Assembly: GCA_035545835.1 (NCBI GenBank)
Contig: DASZXO010000022.1
Coordinates: 1,092-65,091 of the forward strand
Source of the DNA: Lacunisphaera sp.
GTDB taxonomy: Bacteria; Verrucomicrobiota; Verrucomicrobiia; Opitutales; Opitutaceae
Direction of reading: 5' to 3'
DNA length: 64,000 nucleotides
Shown: in pieces, positions 1 to 8,292 of the stretch
How positions within the stretch are numbered: the first letter of the stretch is position 1
Layout of the letters: every line of letters begins with the position of its first letter
Position numbers and translations under genes: made by a program
The notes under the pieces: model-generated
What the model was told of the DNA's origin: nothing
Seen by the model: the letters and a program-made list of their open reading frames with translations, nothing else
Databases searched by the model: none

Positions 1-63
1 GTATCGTTTGCCTCGTGCCTCACGTTCGCGGTGTGGAGGCTGAATCCCGGGCTGCTTTCATAG
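1..63 (+). CDS. 3' end of an upstream cassette gene (partial)
   Basis: Frame 1 is open from base 1 (VSFASCLTFAVWRLNPGLLS) to TAG at 61-63, 18 nt before the first attC-like site. Confidence 0.35.
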   Translation, partial: VSFASCLTFAVWRLNPGLLS

Positions 64-81
64 ATTGGCCATGTCGCAAAT

Positions 82-180
82 GCCGAACCTGGCGCGAGAG
101 CCAACAGCTACGCTTGTCACGGATCATGCTGGCACACGCTCCGAGCCAAGCACACACGTGGCTCATCGCTGACGTCAGGC
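82..180 (+). mobile_element. attC-like site 1
   Basis: R'' GCCGAAC (82-88); L''/L'-like pair GAGCCAAC / GTGGCTC with one extrahelical base; R' GTCAGGC (174-180). Confidence 0.7.
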
Positions 181-187
181 TAAGATC

Positions 188-571
188 GTGGCCAACCATC
201 CGCTAAACTTGGCATTCAGGTTCCTGCTGGAGTGCGGCGCGGTCTGGACCTTTGCCCGATTCGGAATGTCGCTTGGCGAGGGAGCCGCGCGCTACGGCTG
301 GGCTTGTCTGCTGGCGCTCGGTGCCATGCTGATTTGGGGCGTGTTTCGCATGCCGAATGACGGGGGACGGCCGGTTGTTCCGGTGTCGGGGCGCGTGCGC
401 CTGGTGCTCGAGTTCACGATTTTTGCGTTTGCGACCGGGGCGCTCTTTCGACTCGGTGAGCCGGGACCGGCCTGGCTTCTGGTCGGGGCGGTCGCGGTGC
501 ACTATTCGCTCTCGTATGACCGGGTTGGAAGAATGTTACATGCAAACGGTGCGGCACGGAAAAAGACCTGA
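188..571 (+). CDS. YrdB family (DUF2568) small membrane protein
   Basis: NLAFRFLLE N-terminus, WGVFRMPND, RLVLE; four hydrophobic segments. Confidence 0.8.
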   Translation: MANHPLNLAFRFLLECGAVWTFARFGMSLGEGAARYGWACLLALGAMLIWGVFRMPNDGGRPVVPVSGRVRLVLEFTIFAFATGALFRLGEPGPAWLLVGAVAVHYSLSYDRVGRMLHANGAARKKT

Positions 572-613
572 CCAGGCGCCAGCCATGGTCGGGGCTCAGC
601 GTCAACGCCGGGC
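566..613 (+). mobile_element. Degenerate, shortened attC-like site 2
   Basis: R''-like ACCTGAC contains the yrdB stop; followed by CAGGCGCCAGCCA resembling site 1; R'-like GCCGGGC at 607-613. Only 48 nt long. Confidence 0.4.
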
Positions 614-616
614 AAA

Positions 617-1024
617 ATGAGCCAGTTGTTTCGCTTCCCCAATTCCGTCAGGCGCTCGCCCGCTGTCCAAGAATGGATGCACTGGGAGAAGGGCGAGCGG
701 GGAAGGATCGCGCAGCATTGGTTCGAGGTGATTCGGGCGTGCGGGGACGATGTTCGGGAGGTGCTGCACGACGGCCATCCGACCGCGTGCGTCGGCGAGG
801 CGGCGTTTGCCTACGTCGACACCTTCAAGGCGCACGTGAACCTTGGGTTCTTTTGCGGGGCCGGGTTACCCGATCCGAAGAGGTTGCTGGAAGGCAGCGG
901 CAAGCTCATGCGTCACGTCAAGATCAGGCCGGGATCGGCTCTCGATGCCATTGCATTGTCGGATTTGATCAGCGCGGCCTATGCCGATATGCGTGCTCGC
1001 GTGCGGGAAGAGAAAAATGCCTGA
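617..1024 (+). CDS. DUF1801 domain protein
   Basis: HPTACVGEAAFAYVDTFKAHVNLGFFCGAGLPDPKRLLEGSGKLMRHVKI is typical of DUF1801/YdhG-like proteins. Confidence 0.85.
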   Translation: MSQLFRFPNSVRRSPAVQEWMHWEKGERGRIAQHWFEVIRACGDDVREVLHDGHPTACVGEAAFAYVDTFKAHVNLGFFCGAGLPDPKRLLEGSGKLMRHVKIRPGSALDAIALSDLISAAYADMRARVREEKNA

Positions 1025-1159
1025 CCAGCCCCAGAGACCACGCACGGGAGGTGGCCGCAGGGCGCAGGGCCCGGCGCATGGGCCGTTTCCCTCGTTCCCC
1101 GGTGGCCGCGCTGCGCCGGCAAAGGCTTGTGTCCGCCGTCCGGACCTGACGTGTTCGGG
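1019..1159 (+). mobile_element. attC-like site 3
   Basis: R''-like GCCTGAC contains the DUF1801 stop; R'-like GTTCGGG at 1153-1159, preceded by CTGACGT as in sites 1 and 4. Confidence 0.5.
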
Positions 1160-1177
1160 ACCCATCCAGCGTCGCTG

Positions 1178-1564
1178 ATGACGAACATCGAAATAGTGCG
1201 GGCCGTGTATGCCTCCGTGCGCGAATCGGACTATGACGCGTTTCGTAGGTTGTGCGCGCCAGACGTCATCTGGACTCAGAACAAAGGGTTTCCGCAGGGC
1301 GGCGTTCGCGTGGGGGCCGAAGCGGTCATCGATGGAGTCTTCCGGCGCTTTGCGCGGGAGTGGACGAGCTGGCGGTATGAGCTGGAGCAGGTGCTGGAGT
1401 CGGGCAACCAAGTGGTGGCGCTGGGCGCGTATCATGGCGTCCATGCGCAGACGAACAAGCGAATGAAGGCTGATGCCGCGCACGTGTTTCGGCTGGCCGA
1501 CGGGAAGGTCGTGGCGTTCCGGCAATTCGCGGACACAAAGGCCGTTTGCGATGCGATGCAGTGA
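1178..1564 (+). CDS. NTF2/SnoaL-like protein
   Basis: APDVIWTQNKGFPQGG and HVFRLADGKVVAFRQFADT. Start moved to ATG 1178, downstream of attC-like site 3. Confidence 0.85.
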   Translation: MTNIEIVRAVYASVRESDYDAFRRLCAPDVIWTQNKGFPQGGVRVGAEAVIDGVFRRFAREWTSWRYELEQVLESGNQVVALGAYHGVHAQTNKRMKADAAHVFRLADGKVVAFRQFADTKAVCDAMQ

Positions 1565-1567
1565 CAA

Positions 1568-1657
1568 GCCGAACGCCAGGGCCGGCGCCGGCGTCCGTCA
1601 CGCCGGCGGCAGAGCCGCCGCGGCGGCCGTGGGTGCGGACCAACCTTGACGTTCGGC
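1568..1657 (+). mobile_element. attC-like site 4
   Basis: R'' GCCGAAC (1568-1574) is the exact reverse complement of R' GTTCGGC (1651-1657); internal imperfect palindrome; 90 nt. Confidence 0.75.
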
Positions 1658-1660
1658 ACG

Positions 1661-2137
1661 ATGGAAGAGCGGGTGTCACTCCGTCCGGTTGCCACTGAAG
1701 ATCTCCCGATCTTCTTCGCGCATCAGCTCGATCCGGAGGCCGCCCGCCTCGCCGCCTTTCCGTCGCGGGATCGCGAGGCGTTCTTTGCCCATTGGACCAC
1801 CCACATCCTCGGCAACCCCGCGGCCGTCAGCCGCGCCGTTCTCGCGGGCGACCGGGTCGCCGGCAACATCGGCGCATGGTCCGAGGCCGGATCCAGCGGC
1901 CGGTACATAGGCTATTGGATCGGTCGTGAGTTTTGGGGCCGGGGCATCGCGTCGGCGGCGCTGTCGCAGTTCCTGCGCCTGGAATCGACGCGACCACTTC
2001 GGGCGCGCGTCGCCCGGCACAATCCCGGCTCGATTCGCGTGCTCGAGAAAGCGGGATTCGCCCGCGTGGGCGACGATGCCTTTGCCCGGCCGAGCGGCGT
2101 CCAGGTGGAAGAGTTCGTCTATCTTCTCACCGCTTGA
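1661..2137 (+). CDS. GNAT N-acetyltransferase, RimJ/RimL type
   Basis: IGYWIGREFWGRGIAS acetyl-CoA motif; NPGSIRVLEKAGF. ATG at 1661. Confidence 0.9.
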   Translation: MEERVSLRPVATEDLPIFFAHQLDPEAARLAAFPSRDREAFFAHWTTHILGNPAAVSRAVLAGDRVAGNIGAWSEAGSSGRYIGYWIGREFWGRGIASAALSQFLRLESTRPLRARVARHNPGSIRVLEKAGFARVGDDAFARPSGVQVEEFVYLLTA

Positions 2138-2279
2138 TCCCAGCCCCGGGCGGGAAGCCGCGATCGTTGCGCGCCAGGGCGCGATCCTCGCGGCCGGGCT
2201 CCGGGCGGCCCGGCCGGCTTTTGATTGTGCGCTCGCGCCGGCGGGGCGGATGTGCGACACTCCAAGCCAAAGGATTACC

Positions 2280-2552
2280 ATGCCCACCGCGATTGTGATG
2301 CTCAAAACGGACCGCAAGCGGGTCACCAACATCGCCGAGCTGCTCCTTGAGCTGCCCGACATCTCGGAGGTCTACTCCATCTCCGGCCGCTACGACCTGC
2401 TGGTCTTCATCAAGAGCGAATCCGTCGACAAGATCGAAAGCGTGATCACCGACGAACTCCTGAAGACCGAGGGCATCGTGGACAGCGAGACGATGTTTGC
2501 CTTTCGCAGCTACGACAAACGCGAGGGCGGCCGGGCGGTGGACGTGGACTGA
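2280..2552 (+). CDS. Stand-alone Lrp/AsnC ligand-binding domain protein
   Basis: LPDISEVYSISGRYDLLVFI and EGIVDSETM; 90 aa with no HTH. True start is ATG 2280 inside the 1926..2552 ORF. Confidence 0.85.
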   Translation: MPTAIVMLKTDRKRVTNIAELLLELPDISEVYSISGRYDLLVFIKSESVDKIESVITDELLKTEGIVDSETMFAFRSYDKREGGRAVDVD

Positions 2553-2716
2553 GAAGTCCGCAGGTGGGCTTGCTGTCGGAGCGGCTTGACGCCGCGATCG
2601 GCTCGTTTGGCGACGGCACAGACCCGCTTCAACGCCCGCTGTCTGAGGCAGCCCGCACGGAGCAAGGGACCAGGTTGCAGGTCCGAACTTCGGATTCAGG
2701 GCATGGATCCAACCTG

Positions 2717-2768
2717 GTGGAGGGCCGGCCTCCCGGCCGGCCGCGGTCGGGCAGGAGCCCGACCCTCC
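2717..2768 (+). repeat. REPIN-like family B, copy 1 (GTGG-AGGGCCGGCCTCCCGGCC doublet)
   Basis: Inverted doublet; near-identical copy in reverse orientation at 11571-11624. Confidence 0.75.
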
Positions 2769-2855
2769 GGTCGGACGCGCATGGGATACAATGGCGTTTC
2801 CAGGCCTTCAGCCAACGCGCATGGAGCCCCGCCCGGAGTCCGGGCCCTGCTTGTT

Positions 2856-4139
2856 CTACTGCTTGTAGACCTTGCCGGCCTTCATGACGAAGCTGACCTT
2901 CGTCATCAGGCTGATGTCGGCGAGCGGGTCGCCCGGCACCGCGACGAGGTCGGCCAGCTTGCCCTTTTCGACCGAGCCGAACTGGTCGTCTTTCCCGATC
3001 AGCATGGCACCGTTGATCGTGCCCATCTGGATGGCCTTCATCGGCGGCACGCCGGCCTCGACAAGGTAAACGAACTCCCTGGCGTTCTCGCCGTGCGGCG
3101 CCACGCCCTGGTCGGTGCCGAGCGCCATCTTCACGCCGGCGCGGTAGGCGCGGCCGGCGGTGGCCTGGATGAGCGGCCCGATCGCGGCGGCCTTGGCGCG
3201 CACGACCTCGGGGAAGTAGCCATCGATCTTCGCCTTGTCGGCGACAAAGCGCCCGGCGCTGATGGTGGGCACGAACCACGTGCCGTGCTCCTTCATGAGC
3301 GCGATGTCCTCGTCGTTCATGTAGGTGCCGTGCTCGATGGAGTCGACGCCGCCGAGCACGGCGCGGCGGATCGCCTCGGCGCCATGCGCGTGCGCGGCGA
3401 CCTTCAGGCCGTATTCGTGGGCGGTCGTGACCACGGCGCGGATCTCATCGTCGTCGAGCTGCGGGTTGTCGCCGCTGCTCTCGAGGCTCAGCACGCCGCC
3501 GGAGGGCATGATCTTGATGAGGTCGACGCCGTGCTTGAAATGCTCGCGCACGACCCGGCGCGCATCGTCGGGACCGTTGATCACGCTCGGGGTGGGGATG
3601 CGGTCCTGGATCTCGTAGTTGAGGCCGGTTGTGGGGTCGGCGTGGCCGCCCGTGCTGCCGATCGGCGTGCCGACGGCGAAGACCCGCGGGCCCTCGACCA
3701 GGCCCTCGGCAATCGCCTTGCGCAGGGCGACGTTGATGTAATCGTCGGCGCCGAGGTCGCGCACGGTGGTGAACCCGGCCATCAGCGTGCGGCGGGCATA
3801 GACGACGGAGCGGTAGGCATAATCCGCCGGATTCAGGTAGAAGCGCTCGGTGTAGGATTTCGGCGACTGCTGGTCGGTGAGGTGGACGTGGCAGTCGATC
3901 AAGCCGGGCAGCACGGTGGCGTCCTTGAGCTCGATCACCGCGTCGCCAACGGCGGGTGCGGTGTAGCCATCCTCGATGGCGGCGATGCGCTCGCCGTCTA
4001 GGACAATGGTAACAGTTTTCCGGGGGGCGTCGGCGCGGCCATCGATGAGCGCACCGGCGTGGATCAGGGTCCTGGCATCGGCAAGGCTGACCGCCAGCAG
4101 CGCGGCGCCCGCGAGAAGTAAGCGGGGACTTATGGACAT
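2856..4139 (-). CDS. Secreted metal-dependent amidohydrolase (Xaa-Pro dipeptidase-like)
   Basis: Signal peptide; PGLIDCHVH, LIKIM, AAHAHG, IEHG and GTD metal-binding motifs. Confidence 0.9.
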   Translation of the reverse strand: MSISPRLLLAGAALLAVSLADARTLIHAGALIDGRADAPRKTVTIVLDGERIAAIEDGYTAPAVGDAVIELKDATVLPGLIDCHVHLTDQQSPKSYTERFYLNPADYAYRSVVYARRTLMAGFTTVRDLGADDYINVALRKAIAEGLVEGPRVFAVGTPIGSTGGHADPTTGLNYEIQDRIPTPSVINGPDDARRVVREHFKHGVDLIKIMPSGGVLSLESSGDNPQLDDDEIRAVVTTAHEYGLKVAAHAHGAEAIRRAVLGGVDSIEHGTYMNDEDIALMKEHGTWFVPTISAGRFVADKAKIDGYFPEVVRAKAAAIGPLIQATAGRAYRAGVKMALGTDQGVAPHGENAREFVYLVEAGVPPMKAIQMGTINGAMLIGKDDQFGSVEKGKLADLVAVPGDPLADISLMTKVSFVMKAGKVYKQ

Positions 4140-4283
4140 GTGCCTTGATGACCCAGCGCCCTACCGCGCGCAACCGCCAAGTCGTCGCCCTGGGGCCGCC
4201 GTCGCTGGCATTTGGCTGGCGCGCCCGCGGCGAATTTTTCAATCTGCGGCATCCCCACGCACCCCACGCACGTAATTCGGGAA

Positions 4284-4308
4284 TAACCCGCGCCCCGCTG
4301 CGCTCGTA
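4284..4308 (+). promoter_or_regulatory. Putative ECF sigma promoter (SigF/ECF16-like)
   Basis: TAACC-N16-CGTA about 100 nt upstream of the precursor ATG. Confidence 0.45.
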
Positions 4309-4411
4309 TCCGCCACGCAACCGCAGAACTCTTTCCCCACTTTCACTTCGTGCCGCCGGCACCTGCCGGCCGGCCGAAGAGAAAAAACGAACCCAACAAT
4401 CCTAGTATCAC

Positions 4412-4723
4412 ATGAACAAATCCACGAAGACCATCATCATGGCCGCAGCGATCTCCGGCCTTTATCTCGGCGGCCTCGCCCTCAAGTCCTACGGCAGCGT
4501 CGGCACCTCCGCCGGCCACGAGGACAAGGCGTCCAAGGACAGCTGCAAGGGCAAGGACGGCTGCAAGGGCAAGGACGACGGCAAGTCGCATGACTGCAAA
4601 GGCAAGAATGACTGCAAGGGCAAGGGCGGCTGCTCGGCCGGCGACAACGGCTGCAAGGGCAAGAACTCCTGCAAGGGCAAGGGCGGCTGCGCGACCAAGG
4701 ACGACGATGCCAAGAAGGGCTGA
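4412..4723 (+). CDS. Cys-rich secreted RiPP precursor, BufA2/bufferin-like
   Basis: Sec-type signal peptide; six CKGK units and two GGC (8 Cys); directly upstream of DUF692, DUF2063 and DoxX genes. Confidence 0.85.
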   Translation: MNKSTKTIIMAAAISGLYLGGLALKSYGSVGTSAGHEDKASKDSCKGKDGCKGKDDGKSHDCKGKNDCKGKGGCSAGDNGCKGKNSCKGKGGCATKDDDAKKG

Positions 4724-4773
4724 TTTGTTCACGTGAACGGGCCCGTCCGGGTTCGTTCCACCCATTCCACGCC

Positions 4774-4808
4774 GGGAGACCGGGCCTCGCCCCGGTCTCC
4801 CTTTTTTT
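4774..4808 (+). terminator. Intrinsic terminator between precursor and MNIO gene
   Basis: 11-bp perfect stem GGGAGACCGGG/CCCGGTCTCCC, 6-nt loop, then T7. Confidence 0.85.
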
Positions 4809-4898
4809 GACCGACCCGGGAATTGCCGGGCGGGGTCGCTGATCCCGCCCTACAGCGTCAGCTTGACCGCTGAAAATTCCGAATAATTCGTTCTCCCC

Positions 4899-5783
4899 AT
4901 GCCCGCCAACAGCTTCAACGGCTTCACCGACTACGGCATCGGCATCGGCCTGCGCATCCCGCACTACGACCACATCCTGACGCGCAAGCCGACGGTCGAC
5001 TGGTTCGAGATCATTTCCGAGAACTTCATGGTCGACGGCGGCCGCCCGCTCGAGGTCCTCGACCAGATCCTGGCGCAATACCGCGTCGTCCAGCACGGCG
5101 TCGCGCTGTACTTCGGTTCGGCCGACGGCCCGAACAAGGAGCACCTCCGCCGGCTGAAGGTGCTCACGAAGCGCACGAGGACGCCGTGGCTCTCCGACCA
5201 CCTCTGCTGGGGCAGCGTGGACGGCAGCTACTCGCACGACCTGCTGCCCATGCCCTACACGATGGCCGCGGCGCGCAAGACGGCCGAGAACATCCGCATG
5301 GTGCGTGACTACCTTGAGCTGCCGATCGCGGTCGAGAACGTCAGTTCCTACACCGAGTTCCACGTCTCCGAGATGACCGAGTGGGAATTCCTCACCGAGG
5401 TCGTCGAGCTGGCCGACTGCGGAATTCTCCTCGACGTGAACAACATCTACGTCTCGTCGAGGAACCACAATTTCGACCCGTACGATTACCTGAACAAAGT
5501 GCCGCACCATCGCGTCGCCCAGATGCACATCGCGGGGCACACGAGGTTCGAGAAGTACATCCTCGACACGCACGACCACCCGGTGCTCGACCCGGTCTGG
5601 AAGATGTACGCGCACGCCACCCGGCTGTGCGGCGTCACCGCCACGTTGCTGGAGTGGGACGACAAGATCCCGTCGTTCGACGAGGTGCACGCCGAGGCGC
5701 TCAAGGCGAACGAGTTCATCGCGCAGGCGCGCGAGGCCGGCATTCCCGCGCCGCGCGAAACCGTGAAGGGGCGGGGCCGGTGA
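4899..5783 (+). CDS. DUF692 multinuclear non-heme iron oxidase (MNIO, BufB-like)
   Basis: GIGLR, EIISENF, HGVALYFG, SDHL, AVEN, LLDVNNIYV, HIAGH, DTH and LLEWD motifs. Confidence 0.95.
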   Translation: MPANSFNGFTDYGIGIGLRIPHYDHILTRKPTVDWFEIISENFMVDGGRPLEVLDQILAQYRVVQHGVALYFGSADGPNKEHLRRLKVLTKRTRTPWLSDHLCWGSVDGSYSHDLLPMPYTMAAARKTAENIRMVRDYLELPIAVENVSSYTEFHVSEMTEWEFLTEVVELADCGILLDVNNIYVSSRNHNFDPYDYLNKVPHHRVAQMHIAGHTRFEKYILDTHDHPVLDPVWKMYAHATRLCGVTATLLEWDDKIPSFDEVHAEALKANEFIAQAREAGIPAPRETVKGRGR

Positions 5784-5825
5784 GGATCGTGCAAATGCAT
5801 GCACACACCCCGGCGCGGCGCGTCA

Positions 5826-5860
5826 CCCCTCTGGCCAGAGGGGAGTCAAGGCCCGCCTAC
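5826..5860. repeat. Perfect 18-bp palindrome with GTAG-type REP-like end
   Basis: CCCCTCTGGCCAGAGGGG (5826-5843) followed by GCCCGCCTAC (GTAG on the - strand), between DUF692 and DUF2063. Confidence 0.5.
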
Positions 5861-5915
5861 GAAGTTCCCCGCTATGCTGAGGGGGGCCCGACAGGGCGGG
5901 GTGTGTAGGAGCGCC

Positions 5916-6854
5916 ATGCCCGCCGCATCCAAACGCTTCGCCCCGACTGCGGTCCGCTCCACCGGCCAGCTCGCCGCCTTGCAGCGCGCCATGTGGGGCG
6001 TGATCTCGCGGCCGTTGACCGACGACAGCCGCATGCAGCCGCGCTGGTCCGACGGCCGGCCGACCGGCGAGGTCGCCGGGCAGATTGCGAAGCCCAACGA
6101 CCGGCTGACCTCCTTCGAGCGGCTCGAGATCTACAACCGGATGTACTGGTTCCGCGTGCTCGACAGCCTGTACGACGATTGTCCCGGCCTGCGCGCCGTG
6201 CTCGGCGACCGGAAGTTCATCGCGCTGGCCGAGGCGTACCTCGTCAAATATCCGTCGCGCTCCTTCACCTTGCGCAACCTGCCGGACCGGCTGGCGCCAT
6301 TCATCCGCGAGGAGCCGCGGTACACCCGCCCGCACACCGCGCTCTGCCACGACCTCGCGCGCTTCGAGTGGGCGCGGGTGGAGGTGTTCGACACCGCGAC
6401 GAAGCCGCTTTTCACGACAAACGACCTGCTCGACGTCGCGCCGGCGAAGCAGGGCCGGCTCAAGCTCGCGTTGCAGCCCTACCTGCAGTTGCTGAAGCTG
6501 GATTACCCGGTCGACGAGTTCATCCTCGCGGTGAAGCAGCGCGAGGCGGAGCTCCTCCGCGGCGACGCCAGCAACGCCCCGTCGGCGCTGCGCCGGCGGA
6601 AGCATCGTCCGGTGAAGCTCCCCGCCCGCGCGCGCACGTATGTGGCGGTGCACCGGCTCGAGGGCCAGATCTACTTCAAGCGCCTCGAGCCCGCCGCCTA
6701 CCGCATCCTTGTCGCCCTGCGCGGCGGCGCCACGCTCGAGCAGGCGCTCGCCACCGGCCTCCCGCGGGCGAGGAAGTCGCAGGCCGACTGGGCGGCGAAG
6801 GTGCGCGACTGGTTCCAGAACTGGATGCAGCTCGGCTGGCTTTGCCGGCGGTAA
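5916..6854 (+). CDS. DUF2063 MNIO partner protein (BufC/HvfC-like)
   Basis: RLEIYNRMYWFR, LARFEWA and YPVDE motifs; AGGA Shine-Dalgarno before ATG 5916. Confidence 0.85.
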   Translation: MPAASKRFAPTAVRSTGQLAALQRAMWGVISRPLTDDSRMQPRWSDGRPTGEVAGQIAKPNDRLTSFERLEIYNRMYWFRVLDSLYDDCPGLRAVLGDRKFIALAEAYLVKYPSRSFTLRNLPDRLAPFIREEPRYTRPHTALCHDLARFEWARVEVFDTATKPLFTTNDLLDVAPAKQGRLKLALQPYLQLLKLDYPVDEFILAVKQREAELLRGDASNAPSALRRRKHRPVKLPARARTYVAVHRLEGQIYFKRLEPAAYRILVALRGGATLEQALATGLPRARKSQADWAAKVRDWFQNWMQLGWLCRR

Positions 6855-6971
6855 GGGCGGTCAATCACACCGGATGGAGACGAGTTCCGCGACGAAGAGC
6901 TGGAGGACGGGATCAGCGGTCCCGCTCTACATATTTTGGAATAGCCGCTGACCTCAAATCTCCCACCCCCC

Positions 6972-7430
6972 ATGAAAATCCGCGCCCTCTACGAAAAATT
7001 CGAGACTTTCGCCTCCTGGCTGCCATCGCCGCTGCTGCTGGTCATCCGGCTGTACTGGGGCATTTCGTTTGTGCAAACCGGCTGGGGCAAGCTCATGCAC
7101 CTCGACCGGACCGCGGCGTATTTTACCGACCTCGGGCTCCCGGTGCCGAAGGTGAACGCATTCATGGCCGGATCGACGGAGTGCTTCGGCGGCCTGCTGC
7201 TTGCGCTCGGCCTCTGCGCCCGGGGCGCGGCCGTGCCGCTCATCTTCTGCATGCTCGTCGCCTACGCGACGGCCGACGGCGAGGCCCTGCGCGCGATCTT
7301 CAGCGACCCGGACAAGTTCACCGGCGCGACGCCGTTTCTCTTCTTCTATGCCGCGCTGATCGTGCTGGCCTTCGGACCGGGCAAGCTCTCGCTCGATACG
7401 CTGGTCTTCCGGAAGGCGCCAAAATCGTAG
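6972..7430 (+). CDS. DoxX family membrane protein (BufD-like)
   Basis: LLVIRLYWG..F..TGWGKL, ECFGGLLLALG and FGPGKLSLD. Confidence 0.9.
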   Translation: MKIRALYEKFETFASWLPSPLLLVIRLYWGISFVQTGWGKLMHLDRTAAYFTDLGLPVPKVNAFMAGSTECFGGLLLALGLCARGAAVPLIFCMLVAYATADGEALRAIFSDPDKFTGATPFLFFYAALIVLAFGPGKLSLDTLVFRKAPKS

Positions 7431-7474
7431 GTTGGGCCTTACGCCCGACGGTAGCGGCGGTCTATGACCGGCGC
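7427..7474 (+). repeat. Composite GTAG REP unit (family C + family D)
   Basis: GTAGGTTGGGCCTTACGCCCGAC followed by GTAGCGGCGGTCTATGACCG. Its first GTAG supplies the doxX TAG stop. An inverted copy lies at 9078-9126. Confidence 0.75.
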
Positions 7475-7526
7475 GCGAAATAAGGCGCTCCTCGGCGTCG
7501 CGCCCACACCCCGCCCACACCCCCGC

Positions 7527-8249
7527 CTACGCCACCACGACGCGCGTGCCGGCGATATGGTCGTGCAGGCAGCGATGGTCCTCGCGGAGCAGGAAGCCGG
7601 AATCGATCACCCAGAAGACGAAGCCGACGATGGGCACCTGCTCGATCAGGAACGGGAGGGCGCCGCGCAGCAGGAACGCCCGGACCGGGCCCGCCGGGCC
7701 GCCGTCGACCTCGCGGACGATGCGCAGCCGCAGCAGGAGCTTGCCGACCGACTGGCCGCGCGCCGCGAGGAGGAGGAACTGGACGAGCACGAGGGCCGCG
7801 AGGAAGGGCAGGGCGTGCGCCAGGTTCTCGCTCACGATGCGGTTGGTGAGCTGGGTCATCTCCGCGAAGCTTTTCGGCTCGCCGCTCATCGCCTCGGCCA
7901 TGACCGCGCGCATCAGCGGCAGCGAGATCGGCAGGTAGCAGATCGACTTCAGCAGGCCGTCGATCATCGCCGCCGGCAGGCGGATCCAGCGGCTGGCGTG
8001 CTCCGGCACGGCGGCCGTCGCCTCGGGTTCGGGTCCGGCCTCGGCGCCGGCCAGGAGCGGCGGGATCGCGGGCGGTGCGGGGGCCGCGGGATTGAACTCG
8101 GGAAAATCCGCGAGGGTCTTCCAGCCGTTCTCGCGGGCCCGGCGGGCCCTGGTCTGCAGGTTGGCCCGGCCGTCGCGAATCCAGTCGGCAATGGCCGGCG
8201 CCGCCACGGGGCCGTACTCCTTGCCGTCTCCTCCTTGGATGATGAACAT
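7527..8249 (-). CDS. GYF_2 (DUF4339)-RDD family membrane protein, paralogue 2
   Basis: N-terminal GGDGKEYGPV...WKTLADFPEF; RDD motifs RLPAAMID, GQSVGKLLLRLRIV and LHDHIAGTRVV. Confidence 0.9.
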   Translation of the reverse strand: MFIIQGGDGKEYGPVAAPAIADWIRDGRANLQTRARRARENGWKTLADFPEFNPAAPAPPAIPPLLAGAEAGPEPEATAAVPEHASRWIRLPAAMIDGLLKSICYLPISLPLMRAVMAEAMSGEPKSFAEMTQLTNRIVSENLAHALPFLAALVLVQFLLLAARGQSVGKLLLRLRIVREVDGGPAGPVRAFLLRGALPFLIEQVPIVGFVFWVIDSGFLLREDHRCLHDHIAGTRVVVA

Positions 8250-8292
8250 GCCGCCACGTTGGCCCCGAATGGGGCCGCGTCAATCACCCCGC

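Larger units (their letters stand above)
1..2137 (+). mobile_element. Distal end of an integron-like gene cassette array (no intI in window)
   Basis: Co-oriented short genes typical of cassette cargo, separated by four imperfect palindromes with R''/R'-like ends. The array probably continues left of the window. Confidence 0.65.

Noticed and set aside
2138-2279. attC site after the GNAT gene
   Set aside because: The expected R'' (GCCGAAC-like) is absent; only generic GC-rich hairpins are present, so the last cassette appears to have lost its site.
2856-4139. Amidohydrolase as the maturation peptidase of the RiPP cluster
   Set aside because: It is divergently transcribed and belongs to a widespread family; the precursor has an ordinary signal peptide, so no dedicated peptidase is needed. 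Proximity is the only link.
4540-4690. CRISPR-like or VNTR array
   Set aside because: The repeats are 12-nt in-frame codon repeats (CKGK) inside the precursor CDS, without unique 30-40 nt spacers.
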